64,000 nt of DNA, taken from assembly GCA_965202585.1 (NCBI GenBank), contig OZ241831.1:52948001-53012000 (forward strand), read 5' to 3'. The stretch is from Thalia democratica (taxonomy: Eukaryota). The notes under the pieces were generated by a model, which saw only the letters and a program-made list of their open reading frames with translations, was not told where the DNA came from and ran no database searches. This document shows positions 10,731 through 23,600 of the stretch, one piece after another (position 1 is the first letter of the stretch; every line of letters starts with the position of its first letter). The position numbers and the translations under genes are program-made.

Positions 10731-13430
10731 GTTGAGTAAAAACATATATTAAAATTGCTAAGTATTTAGATTTGTTTTTTAAATTCATTTATCACATACA
10801 AAAAAAAAATTAGATTATATTAAAGTATAGTACGATTTATTTTTTTCTATACTCATGTTTATTATTATAAATATATTTAAAGATGAGATATATGCTTTTA
10901 TTTTTGACATAATTTTTACTACTTCTCTTTTTTTATGTTATTGTGGAATTTTATATGGAATTTTTTGTGGTTGCTTTTTTAAAAAAAGCAACACGAAAAA
11001 TTTACTTAACTTTTTACATAGTTGTAAAAATTAAAATCTTAGAGGTGAAATGTTGTGATGTCCATGGTAAGACTATGGTTTTCATAGTCAATATTGGCAG
11101 AAATGGGTTTAAAAAATAATGCACACCAATTTAAATTTAATTTTTTTTTTACTAAATTTAAAGTTTGTAGTTGATACAAAAATGATAAAAAATGTGAAGC
11201 CCAAATTTGACTGAACATATCTCAAAAAATAATTTAAATTTTTGTAAATGATAACAAGAATCTTGAAGCTTATAATAAAACTCTATAAAATAAGATCAAC
11301 TCGTAAAAAACATGGCTTAAATAAGTTGAGCTTCTACTTGAAATGGCATTTTCTATTTAAAATACTCAACTCTTATGTTTATTTTTTAATTAAAAGGTAG
11401 AATTTTTAATTGATAAGTTCAAAGATAGGGCAGGTGGAGTAATATATGATGAGCTCTCAAACTCACTCACTTGACTTTCAAAAAATGTTTATTCTTGCAG
11501 GGAGAGTGTTTTCTCTTATTTTTTTCTACCTTAAAATAAAACAGTTCTTTTTTAATCTTAAATATTAGCAATTGTAGTTGTTAGTTTAAACACAATAAAA
11601 AGTGGTATGATTTAACCCTTATGTTAGCTAGGCTTTCAACAATTTTTTATAATACATGACACAAAACTTAAATAGAAATAATAAAAAGTATCTGATAAGC
11701 TGTCTCTAGAAATGACTTAACAATGTTTAAAACCTACAATAAACTATTTTGTGCTAATACAAAAGTAAATATTTATAAAAAGTAAGTTGACAAAATGGAC
11801 TTAAACATATTCTAAACTTTTTCGAAAATTTAAGCAGTGAAGCTATTTCTAAAATTTAAGAAAACACAACATAAAGCATTTTTTTTTATTGCTATATTTA
11901 CTGAAAAATAAAAGCATAACTTATAAAAACAATCATATTACTTGTATGTAGTCTTAAATAAAATGTTTGTTATTCTTTTGTTTGGCTTCTAGAGTTCAAG
12001 AAAATATAGAAGTCTATAAAAAAACAACAAAATGTTTTCATTTTAAGTTCCAATTTCATGCTTGAATAATTTTTGGCAGTTTGCTCTTTTGAAATCTGGC
12101 GACTGAACTCTTTTGTAATGGTAAAATGGTAAAATAAACCAAAGATTATTAATTAAAATATAACTTGTTTGTTATTTATATATATGTTCATATATATATA
12201 TTTATATAGTTGCACATAAAAAAACAAGTACTGTAGTTAATTATACATAATTATATTCTATGTTTTGGATTTAAGAAAGCAAGTATAGAGATCTCAATTT
12301 CTGGAGGAAAAATAATGATTTTTTTTTGCAAACTAAGTTTCGGTCAAAGTTGGTTAATTCATGCATATTTATATATTAAAGTACATAAAATTATTTATTA
12401 AAGTATTTATATACTTTTAAGTACATAAAAATCGTAAAATCTCTTTAATGAAAATTCCTAAAGACATTTAAAAAATCATAATTTAGTTAATAAACTTAAA
12501 ACAAAGTGTTCTAATAAGTTATCAATAATATTTAAAATTATTTTCACATTACTATAAAGCATCACAATATAAAACTGTAAATTTAAAAGATATTAGTTAA
12601 GATTCGTTTTATAAAGAAATTAAAAGAAGTTACTATCGGATATTCACATGTAAATGAGAAAGAAGTCAAAACTTTTGGAAAAATCTTAAATTATTAACTT
12701 GTGTCATTTTTGTATAAGCAATAACTTGTTTCTAAATACATATTATCTTATATGCGTTTATTTTAAACTTGTTAAAAGTTTAAAAAAAACTATTATCTGT
12801 AAATTAATGACGTTTCTTTTAAATTTAATGATTTACAATTAAACAACACCGTTTAAAGAAATAAGTTCCTTTTATTTTTGCTATCTTTTAAAAAAATTTA
12901 CTATGTTTTGAATTTCTCTGTAATTCCAACTTTTATGTAGATATTTTAAAAACAAAATTTTGAATTAAATAGACAATACTCAAATGATTTTAATTCTCTG
13001 AATGTAAATACTGCACAGTACTTAGTTATTAAACATGTTGACGACTTAAAAAATTAATGACTCAAATAACAATTTAAATTTAACTTTGTAAAATGTAAAT
13101 AGTATCAAGAGACGAAAGTAGGATAAATTTTTGATTTTTAAGACAAATGCTTAATCTTTATTTTTTTTTACAATACATAGAGATTAGAGACTAAATAAAA
13201 AATCATTTTTAAAGTTAACATATAAATGTAAAAACATAAAACAAAAGTTAATAAAATTACACAACATGTTGACACTATAAATATAGATTAAAATATGGTT
13301 ATGAAATAATTCTACTAATACCTTAATTTTTTACTTATGGTTTTGAGAGTAGCGTGTATCCTTTTATTTTACTTAATTCGTTTTTTCTTAAATAGTAAAA
13401 ACTAGAAAGATTTTTGTGCTTTAAAAAAAA

Positions 13431-14075
13431 TGGAAACGGGTCACTTTTGCACGCAGGGTCACTTTTGCACGAGGGGACAATTTTGCACGGCGACTCCTCT
13501 TTTGCACGAGCGTCACTTTAGCACGAGGGTACATTTTTGCGCGGCGTCACTTTTGCACGAAGAGTTATTTTTGCACGAATAAAAAAAAATATAACAAAAA
13601 GAAAACTGAATTACAAAAAAAAGCAAAATAAAAAATTTAAAAAGTTTAAGTAATTAAAAAAAAAACTAGTTACCGATCGAGGGTAAGAGTTGGTGGTAAC
13701 AGTTATAATAAAAATAAGAATAACTTGGCAAAATCACAAACGTAGATAAAAACAAAATAAAAGAAAAATAAGTGACCGAGGGTAGAGGTTAGGGATAACA
13801 GTAATAGAAAAAATTTATATACCATATAAAAAATTATCAAAAATAAACAGGAAAAGAATTATAAAAGTATGTTTAAAAGATAATAAAACATAATTTACCG
13901 ACCTAAGGTGAAAGTTAGGGGTAGTGGTGAAAGTAAAACAATCGGTTAAAGTAAATAATTTTTTTTTTAATTTGTGCAAAAGTATCCCCTCGTGCTAAAG
14001 TGACGTTTGTGCAAAAGAGTCGCCGTTCAAAAATTGTCCACTCGTGTAAAAATGACGCTGCGCAAAAATGTCATT
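13431..14075. mobile_element. Foldback-type element with inverted arrays of (c)acttttgcacga repeats
   Basis: Starts tggaaacgggtcacttttgcacg. The left array runs to ~13580 and the inverted cgtgcaaaa array spans ~13975-14075. The internal part carries gggtt(a)ggg-like repeats. Confidence 0.75.
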
Positions 14076-16558
14076 TTAAAAGTGTATAAAATTAATCGAA
14101 ATATTTTTTGACAGTGCTTTAATTTAGTATAAAAAGTCCAGATTTCAAACAAAAAAAACAATAAAACCGATTTCAAACATAGTACTTGAATTGAAAAATT
14201 TAGTTGTTGAAGTAATAAAAATTCAGTGAAAAAACTAAATTAATGGCAATACAAAAATTAAACACATAAAAGTGTTTTGTACATTATTAATTATTCTTAT
14301 TAAATAATTGGAATACATTTTAAAGATATGTTCTTATTTTAAAATCGTTATTAAACAATAAAAATTAAATTGTCTTTAGTTCGCTTTAAATATATAAGAT
14401 TAATTATATTAAAATAGTGTCTTAAAATTAAATATAGTACTGTTAATAGCTTAGCTAGCTAGTAGATGATCAAGTTTGTTTTTTTAGTATAAACTTTTAT
14501 ACATTTTAAAGATAACTAAAACAACAAAATATAAGTTACTTAAACAAAAATTATTACAAACTAAAGTATAAAAATAGTATTTTTTTCATCATTTAAACAA
14601 AACTATAGTTAAAGTAAAGTTTTTACTTTTACGATTGTTTTCGTTATTTAAATAAATAACAGCTCCATAAATTTTAAATTTGTTATGAAATTTTAACTTT
14701 AAAATGATGAAACTAAATAAAGTAGAAAGCTTTATTTAGTACTTTAAGAATAATTATTGAGATAATCATATCATTTTAAATAAAATATTAAAATATTAAT
14801 AACACGTAACGTCGATAAAAGTACTAAAAATTATGTTAATATTATTACTGATTTACTGAAATAACATTTTTTAAACCTTAGTATAAACCTGCAATGATAG
14901 AAATAATGCTGAAATAAACAAATTGTTACATTTTTATATTTGAAATAAAACACTTTTTGTTTAATTTTAAAATAATGTTAAAAAACTTCTTAATTTGATT
15001 TTTAACTTAATTTGTTACTTAAACAGAAATAAAACATCATAAAAACAAGTTTAGTGACCTCTAATTTTGTAATACAGTGCAAACAGCTTATATAATCAGC
15101 ATTAAAACATATTGTAATCATTTTTAATTTTACTGAAAATAAATTACTTAATTACTTGCTTTATAAGTGTACATGTGTAGTGATATATTGGATAGTAACA
15201 ACTTGTATAGAATAACAAAAGCTACAAGTTTTACATAGAATTTGCTACATGAATGTTGCATTCAACGAAATAGCAACTTACTTATTTATTATACTTCGTA
15301 TTCAAAAATAAAACAATATAAAGTTAAAAAAACTAAGCGGTCGTTAGTCTTAATTTGTTTTTCAGTTTTGTTAAAATATACAATTAAAATTTGTCAATTT
15401 GTAGCAATGTTAATTTAATTAACATTTACCAGAAAAATTTGTTCGAAAGCTTAAAAAGGTTTATAGATTTATTTAACAGAGTATTTAGCTTTGCTAAAAA
15501 AGAGACTAAAAACACCAGGTTAAAAACAAGTGTATAAATGATAAGAACTTATAAAGAATAATCTTTAAACTTTTATAAATTTGATCCAAAATAGTAAAAT
15601 TCTTGTAGGAACTCTAAACTTTTATTAAAAAAAGTTATGTTATTTAAATATTCTAACAGTTTATACTTTTTTAAATAAACTAATTTTACTTCAAGCTTAT
15701 TTAACTATTCTAAACAACAAAAGCATTATGTTTAAATAAACTGTTTGTAGATAAACTTTTTTGATTTGTTTTTTATAACAGACAAATAATATAATTATTA
15801 TAAAAAAATCGCTTTTAATGTTTAACAAGTTTCAATTTAATCTTAAAATAATTTAAATTTCAATTTTTATCTTAATTTTAACTTTATCTCTTTCAATTCT
15901 TTTTCTTAATATATAGTTACTCACTGAAGTTTTATGAATTTTTGCCATTTTGTTGTCGATTGGTAAGTTAATTTTTACACAAGCCGTTTTGCATGATTTT
16001 TGATAGTTTCAAATTTAAGTCATAATCTATTTATGTTAAATTTCTTAACTTTCATTTGTGTGTATTGTTTTGTGCTTTATTTTAAACTTGTTTTGATGCT
16101 GATGAGTGCATAAACGCGAAACTCGAGTCCTTTGAGTTTTACATTTTGAAATATACCTTTTTATTAATAAAGCCCTTAAGGTAGGCTCAGTGTGAAAGAT
16201 TTGATTTATCAAGTTAAATAAATTAATTCTATATATTTATATATATACGTATATAAAAAAGAAAACATTAAATAGATAAAACTCAAAATAATTATTAGCT
16301 GTATATTGATAAATATTATCGAAATAGTTTTTTTTTTGTATTTAATAAATGTTTACTTTAAAGTTTCATTAAGAAAAATATTATTTTAAAATATGTCTAA
16401 AAAAGTAGTGGCAGCTAACTTTATTAACTTAAACATAAAATATTTTTCATATATTGTGTAGCCTACGATAACGTGTTTCTTTGAATAAAGTTAGGTTTAT
16501 TAAACATAATATTATTAATGTTAGATACATTAGTTTTCTCAGAAATTTTTTTAATAAT

Positions 16559-16762
16559 ATGGAAAGCAAACGAAAAACTCAAAAGATTGATAAAATCAAA
16601 CACCATCTTTCTGAGCAAAAAGCTGCTCATTGTAGGAGAAAAAATGTTAAAAAATTATTGACATTGGAGTTTAAAGAGTTGAATGAACTAATTAGATTGA
16701 GGAATGTTGTTGATCGGCAAATTATTAGTAGAAGTAAGCATTTTATGTCAACTATTTTATAA
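16559..16762 (+). pseudogene. Decayed bZIP-like coding remnant
   Basis: IKHHLSEQKAAHCRRKNVKKLLTLE aligns with bZIP basic regions such as CNC-type [26 protein letters not shown]. It has one codon missing between AA and C and has lost the invariant Asn. Confidence 0.4.
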
Positions 16763-16928
16763 TAATGAATTTTAAATTCTAACAATAATCTGCTTAATAA
16801 CCGACCTCTTCATGTAATTTTTAAACATCATATATTGCTGTTAATAAATAGTTTTATAAAAATTAATTTATTCTTAGTAAAAAGAAATAAAAGATAAAAA
16901 TTCATAGCAAAAATCTTAAATAGAGAGA

Positions 16929-17300
16929 ATGATATTACCAGTAAAACGATATTACAATCATTTGAAACTTTTACAAAACCAAAAGAAGACTGAATTAGAT
17001 CAAGTTCTTAACAAACAGAAGAATGAACTTGCTGAAAAGCTAGATTGTACAGACCACAATAAATACAAATGTTTAAATGAACAATTTACTGATGCGGTGC
17101 AACACTATGATGAACTTGAAATAATCGGAGATAAAATAAGTGACAAAGCAGTTATTAGTGGTAACAAAACTGAACTAAAAGCTTTTAAAAACAGTGTTGT
17201 GTGTACAATAGATTTAACAAAAGAAGAAACTACAATAAAATCATTACCAAAAGCTGTGAATAAAAACAAAAAGAAAGAACAAGCTTGTTTAGCAGGTTAA
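16929..17300 (+). pseudogene. 123-aa charged/coiled-coil ORF, probably the continuation of the bZIP-like remnant
   Basis: Protein-like composition (K/E/Q-rich, few hydrophobic runs), same strand and 170 nt downstream of the bZIP-like ORF. Further fragments occur at ~17610-17740. No family was recognised. Confidence 0.3.
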
Positions 17301-18311
17301 TAGAAATATGGACAGTGATTATCAAATGTTTTCTATTTTTATAACTGTTATGTTTAAAAAAATTGCAACTAGTTTATAAGAATTTTTTTGTGTTTAACTT
17401 TTTTACTATTTGTAACAAAACGTTACAAGCTCGTGAAACTTATATATTAAATATTAAAGCTCGTTATATTAAATTTTGCTTTAGACATAATAGTAGATTG
17501 TATTCTGTATTAATAGTAGTAGATAGTAGTTTTTCATTTTCACAAGTAACAATAAAGTTCTAACTAAAACTGAATGTAAAACTATAAAGTTATTATCAGA
17601 AAGAAAAAAATTACTGAAATGAAATCTGAATCAGAGTTGAAAAAAGCTGTTAAAATTGAAACCCAAAAGTTTTTTGATATATTTGTCTATTACTTTGAAA
17701 CAAATAGAATTTACTAAGATTTAGTTTTTATTAGTTTCTATTTGTTCTTGAGTGATCCTGATTACTTAAGAACGACTTTATAAAAATTTAAATTTTATCT
17801 TACTTATTTCAATATCAATTTGTTAAGTTTGATAAAATGGCGGAACAGAGGGCTTAGCAAACCTCAAACAAAATAAAAACTAACGTCTCACTTTCCTTAA
17901 TGACTAACGTTTATAATGGTAAAACTCATGGATTAATTAATTTTACAGAAACCAATTCACCTGAATACACAAAGCACCAACTTATTTATCTATATGTTTT
18001 CTTTGACAGTTTCGGATTTTATCTAACTTCTCTAGAAAGAAGTATCCTTGCTAAATTAACAAAACTTAATGAACATTTGGTCAGTCTTTTTGCTAAAATA
18101 AAGAAAATTGCTGTATAAAAGTTGTTTTTATGTTGTTACAAACTGTTTATATATATAATTTCACAATATACATTGATTTTTGCAAATAATAAGCTAAGAA
18201 TATACTAATAAATAGTATTTCAATTTTAAAAAACTTTTTATCAAGTATTTATCAGACTGAAAGTTATTATTTTGATCACCTATTTTAATGATTATAAGTA
18301 TATGATTTAAC

Positions 18312-20198
18312 GGGTGAGTGTCACTTTTGCACGACCGTCACTTTTTCACGAGCGTCACTTTAGCACGAGGAAACACTTTTGCACGGCGACACTTTTGCAC
18401 GCAGGGTCACTATTGCACGAGGGGACACTTTTCACGTCGAATCTTTTGCACGGTGGGTCACTTTTGCACGAGGGGACACTTTTGCATGGAGGGTCACTTT
18501 TGTACGAGGAGACACTTTTGCACGGCGGAATTTTTCACGATGACAATTTTTTACGGCAGCATTGTTGCACAACGTCACATTTTTACGATGAAATTATTGC
18601 ACAGCGACATTTTGGCTCGATGACTTTTTCGCACGGAAAATCAATTTTGCATGCAGGCCGATTAAAAGTTTTTTAGCTACTACCAAGTCTGTAACATAAA
18701 AAGAAACTGAAAACTAAAATTTTATAATATACCTATATTAAAGGCAAAAAATGAAAGGTCTAAAATCTTAAACAGTAAAAGTTAATGTTAGAAACTAACT
18801 AACGAAAAATTAGAATAAAATTATTTATAAAAGATTCATACCAGGGACAATAAAGTTAGTTTATTTAGAAACTAGGATAAAAAATACTTCAAATGTAAGT
18901 AAGTTGTTCTAGTTTATTTTGAATTTTAATATATTAATAAACAACTATGCCTTTTTATGTATTTTACTATACGGTTACAAGTTTATTGTTCATATGATGA
19001 ACCTAGGCATCAAAACCTAGACCACTTAAACTGAAAGACATATATATATAAAAGATAAAATATATACTTTATATATTATCACAAATATAAAATCATAATT
19101 TGATATAAAATTTATAGGTTTTCATAAAAAGCAAACTTTTAACCACAAACTTATATTGATTTACGATTTGGTGTAGAACGATCAACATCAAGTATTTAAA
19201 TGCATTGACTAATAACAAAAATAAACCCTTACGCTCCAAGGACATTAACGATATGCTCTCATCGGCTTATTTCATGATCATGGAATGCTGGTGTAAGCAT
19301 CTCTTGATTTTTCTTATGAACATAAGTTCAAACTTCCAAATGTTACTCTCTCATTGGCTTATCATGATCATGCAACATTATTGTTATGAAATAATCCAAG
19401 TTTAAACCATGAAAAATGCGCTATTTTATTGCTCTTTTTAGTCTCACGCTAAACTAAAAAACAAAAATAAACAACAAGTAAAATCTGAAATACCTTTGCA
19501 CTTCATAAACTAAGTAAATCTTTGTTTTTAATTTAATTATTGTTTGAAATTTAATTAAATTTAAAATATTTATTCAACAACTATATAATGCTAATTATAA
19601 CATTTAGAGAAAACAAGTAAAAAATAATACTCAAAAGTTCTAAAGCCTTACTAAACTAATTTTATTTTCCTGTTTGAATAGTAACAAAATTCAGATTATT
19701 TTCAATTAATATATTCAAAACTGTTTTTATTTAAAATTAAAAATTTGTATTCATCTAGTTTATTTAATATAAGCTAAAATATATAAATTAATGAACTGTG
19801 GTACGTTATTATATTGTTCTACGTAAAATTTCAAACAAAGTCTTTGCTTTAAATTTTCATTAAAAAACTACCACATTTTATGTATTCAAAACAACTTAAG
19901 TTTAAAAGCGAATATTATTCAAAAAAAAAAATATTTAAATAAAAATGTCGCCGTGCAAAAGTGTCTCCTCGTGCAAAAGTGTCACCTCGTGCAAAAGTGA
20001 CGCCGTGCAAAAATTACCCTGCGTGCAAAAGTGATGCCGTGCAAAAGTGTCCCATCGTGCTAAAGTGACGCTCGTGCAAAAGAGTCGCTGTGCAAAAGTG
20101 TCTCCTCGTGCAAAAGTGACCCTTCGTGCAAAAGTGACCTTCGTGCAAAAGTGTCCCCTCGTGCAAAAGTGACGCTCGTGCAAAAGTGACCCGTTCCA
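18312..20198. mobile_element. 1.9-kb foldback-type element with long inverted ttttgcacga arrays and an 8-bp TSD (gatttaac)
   Basis: Left array 18312-~18660, right inverted array ~19945-20198 ending gtgacccgttcca. Flanks 18304-18311 and 20199-20206 are both gatttaac. Confidence 0.8.
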
Positions 20199-22429
20199 GA
20201 TTTAACAGTTTATAGTATACACTTTTACTTAAAAAATCACTAATATATGTTTTTAAGGAAAATATAATTTTATAGTGTCTGTATTTAATAATTTTTTCTA
20301 GCAAAACAAGTAAACAAATAAATAATATATTTTTAGATTGACGAGTGGTTTTTAAAAACAAGAAGCAAAATACCAGAGAATCAAGAACTTTGTACAAATA
20401 AGTAGTTACTAGATAGATGCAATGAGTGTAAAGTGAGAGAAGCTCAACAAAATGAGAGAATAAAAACGACAGGTTCTCTACAGAATGAAAGAATTAAGAA
20501 AAAGAAACAAGATAATTCAAAACTTGCTAATTAAGTTTACTTTTTTGCACGATATTTTGCTAATGTAGTAATAAAAATCAGTATTTAGTTAAAAGGTTTT
20601 TTTTTAATTACTTCTATTTAAACTATCTAGTTCTTACATGTTTTTAGTTTTAAAAATACTTTAGCTTTCATTCAAGACTAAACTAGTTCTAAAAAAAGAT
20701 GTTACTTTGCTTTTACTTATTAAACTGTTAATGTTTTAAAAGAATTTGTAACACGTTTATTTACTTTTTAATAAACTGTTATTTGCATAAATCCTGTAAT
20801 TGTGTTTTAATTGTTTTAAGCAATTGTCTATTTGTACTTATTTTAAACAATTACACTTGATAGTAAACTAGTGAAATTTCTTAAACATATCTTACATTTT
20901 TTAACTTTGCTGACAATGGTTAATTCAAATACTTTTTTATACGTAAAATATGTACAAGTATTTTAAACTAAGTTAATATAATTTGTAGTTAAACCTAAAA
21001 TTTTAAAGTATCTTCCAATAAACTAATAAACAATATTTTAAATATAGACGTTGACATGCAAACTGTTTAGACTTTGGAAACTATAAATGACAAACTGCAA
21101 AACATATTATAATATTCCCAAATATACTAAATTTGCAAAATCTTTATACTAAGTTATTACTTCTAGTTAAAAGAACTTAGATAATATCATATAATTTTTT
21201 ATTTTAAAGTTTTAAAGAAACCCATAGGGTGATAACTAACTAATGCTATACTTTTGTAATTTTAATATTTAGTACTAGTCGATGTCACTAACTATGTATA
21301 AAAACTACAACTTTTATTTTAACTAAAATTGATTTGATATATTTTAAAGTATTAAAATATATAACTTTACCGTGAGAAGGTATCAAAACAAGTATCAGAT
21401 TGCTTTTTGGTGATAAAATTTTAACTACTTATAACTTGAAATAGCTTATTACTAAGAATAACAATCAAATTAGTATTATTTAAAATAATCAAACGATTGT
21501 TCAAAATGGCATATAAAAAATTAAACCGTCGACTAATCGGTATACATATTTTTCTTATTGCAATAAAATAAAATATGTTCAAAGATAGTTAATAATATTA
21601 AAATTTAAGATTGTTTATATTTCTCTGTAACCTTTACTGATTAACAGTTAAAGTATCTTTAATTAACTTACATTAACTTTAATTCAATAACTTGACCGAT
21701 TGCTTAATGATTTTTATATAAAGCAAAACATTAAGCAACTATTGAGCTAACTTGTATCGTTAGTCAATTACTAGATAGTCTCAAAATTTAAAAGTTGTTT
21801 AATGTTTTTTTATAACTTTATCATAATCGCCATCAGTGACTTGCTTCTAAATACTTTAGTTAAATTAAGTAATTATATATTTTTCGTGACTAGCTTGATT
21901 TTGAAACATTTTCTTTTTGTAAATTTTATAAAAAATCATCAACAATACTAGCTTTTAGTGTAAAACCAGATTAAGCTCTGCAATTTAAAAAAATATTCAC
22001 TTGTTTAAGTATGGTTACGAAAAGTTTTAAGTAGCTAACTAATAAAAGATTATATACCTATAAAGATCAGAAGTTAAGAAGTTCATTAAATTTTAATATA
22101 TTATAATACTTTATGTTATGTTTTACAAATATGGACTATGATAGTTATTTGACAGTTTTTTTATCAGTACTAAAATTTTAAGTTATATATTCAATTATGA
22201 GTTAAATCGGCCTGATCGTAATATTTTTTTATTTAGGATCTGGCCGAGTCCTAAATATTTAAGGTATATTTAGTGTAAAAAGAGAAAAAACTTGGATATT
22301 TAGTTAACTGTGCTCAAAAATTTTCAAATTAGCTTTAATCTTATTTGTTGCTTTTTAAAGAACAAAGTTTCCTTTAAAGGTGTATAACATCTGAGAGAGC
22401 TTCTAAAAATTTTAACTCGTAGGCATTTG

Positions 22430-22950
22430 GTATAAGCAGGCCAAAAAATTGTGCGCTGCATTTTATTTGATACATAAGTTAAATAACATATCCGAAATAC
22501 TTGGTGTACGTTTTGAATTACCCGTAAAGTGTACCAAATGTTTCATTTTATGCTTTCAATTTCAGATCCTGATTACTTAATATAAGTTTTAAATAATTGC
22601 ACGCTCGCAAACCACATTTTACCTTTTTTGGGCCGCATTCTGTTTAAAATAAAAAAACAATTACAGGCCGCGCTTCAACCTAGAGCTGTCCACAACCTGT
22701 TTAGAATTCAGCTTGTTTGGTTAAATAAAAACTTCACCTTAAGTAGGAGTGAGCAATGTTTACAGACAGCGAGCCAATTTAGTTCTTAGCGGGTAAGATA
22801 GTTTCGTTTAATTATAAATAAGATCTTAATTGTCAAACTAATTAAGAAAGATTTTTGCTTTGCTTTCCGCTTTAACGTTCAGAGCATCTTGTGTAAGTAT
22901 CTGGTGTAAGTTTAAGGTTAAAAATAATTAAATATATTATTATTTTGTTT
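22430..22950. mobile_element. Adjacent decayed hAT-type MITE fragments in the 3' flank of ART copy 2
   Basis: gggccgc/caggccgc motifs and an end at tccacaacctg. The segment 22620-22950 aligns with 52240-52560 (e.g. tgtttggttaaa..caatttagtt..gcggg.a.gata). Confidence 0.4.
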
Positions 22951-23139
22951 TAAAAATTATATATTTGTTTTAATTTATTTTAATTCACTCGTACTTACTG
23001 AGTATAAGTCTTCCTTAATGGATCATAAAGACAAGTTTGTTAATTTAGCATCTTTTTACCATTTACAAACCAATATTGTTTTTTTTAATCTTTTGAACTT
23101 CTGCGATATTTTTGATACTTATATAGCTTATTGGGGAGA

Positions 23140-23600
23140 GCTCAAATATGCATGAGGATACTTTTGCACAAAAATTAATTTTTGCATGAGGGGTCACTTT
23201 TACACGAAGGGTTTTTGTCGCACAGGTAGTCAAATTTTCACAAGTTAGAACATAAGAAAGTTATAAGAGTATAGGAATAAAAATCTACAAAAAGGTAACT
23301 AAGTGTAGCGCTTATTTTACGGGTAAAATAGGGAGTAATCCAAAGTTAAAAATAAAAAATGAAAAATTAAGAAAAAGAATAAGTAAAATAACAATAATAA
23401 CAAATTAATTACCGACCAAGTTTAGGGTTAAAATTGATAAATAAAATAAAAAAATATAAATAAGTTAAAAAAAAAATTCCTACCAAGGGTTAAGGTAATA
23501 GCGATAAAAAGTAATAAAAAAGTTTCAATCTGTGCGAAAGTTTTTTTTGCATATATGTTTTCATGCAAAAGTTTCGCTTCGTGCTAATTGACATCTACTT
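23140..23600. mobile_element. Degenerate foldback (ttttgcacga) element
   Basis: Left repeats at 23150-23240, inverted repeats at ~23530-23590, and internal ttaccgacc..tagggtt motifs like those in 13431-14075. Confidence 0.6.

Noticed and set aside
18314-18676. ORFs with repeated LLHEGT / GHFCT peptides (also 19935-20183, 33095-33400, 33217-33483)
   Set aside because: They are translations of the ttttgcacga tandem repeats of foldback elements, not genes. The HFC/LLH periodicity is a repeat artefact.
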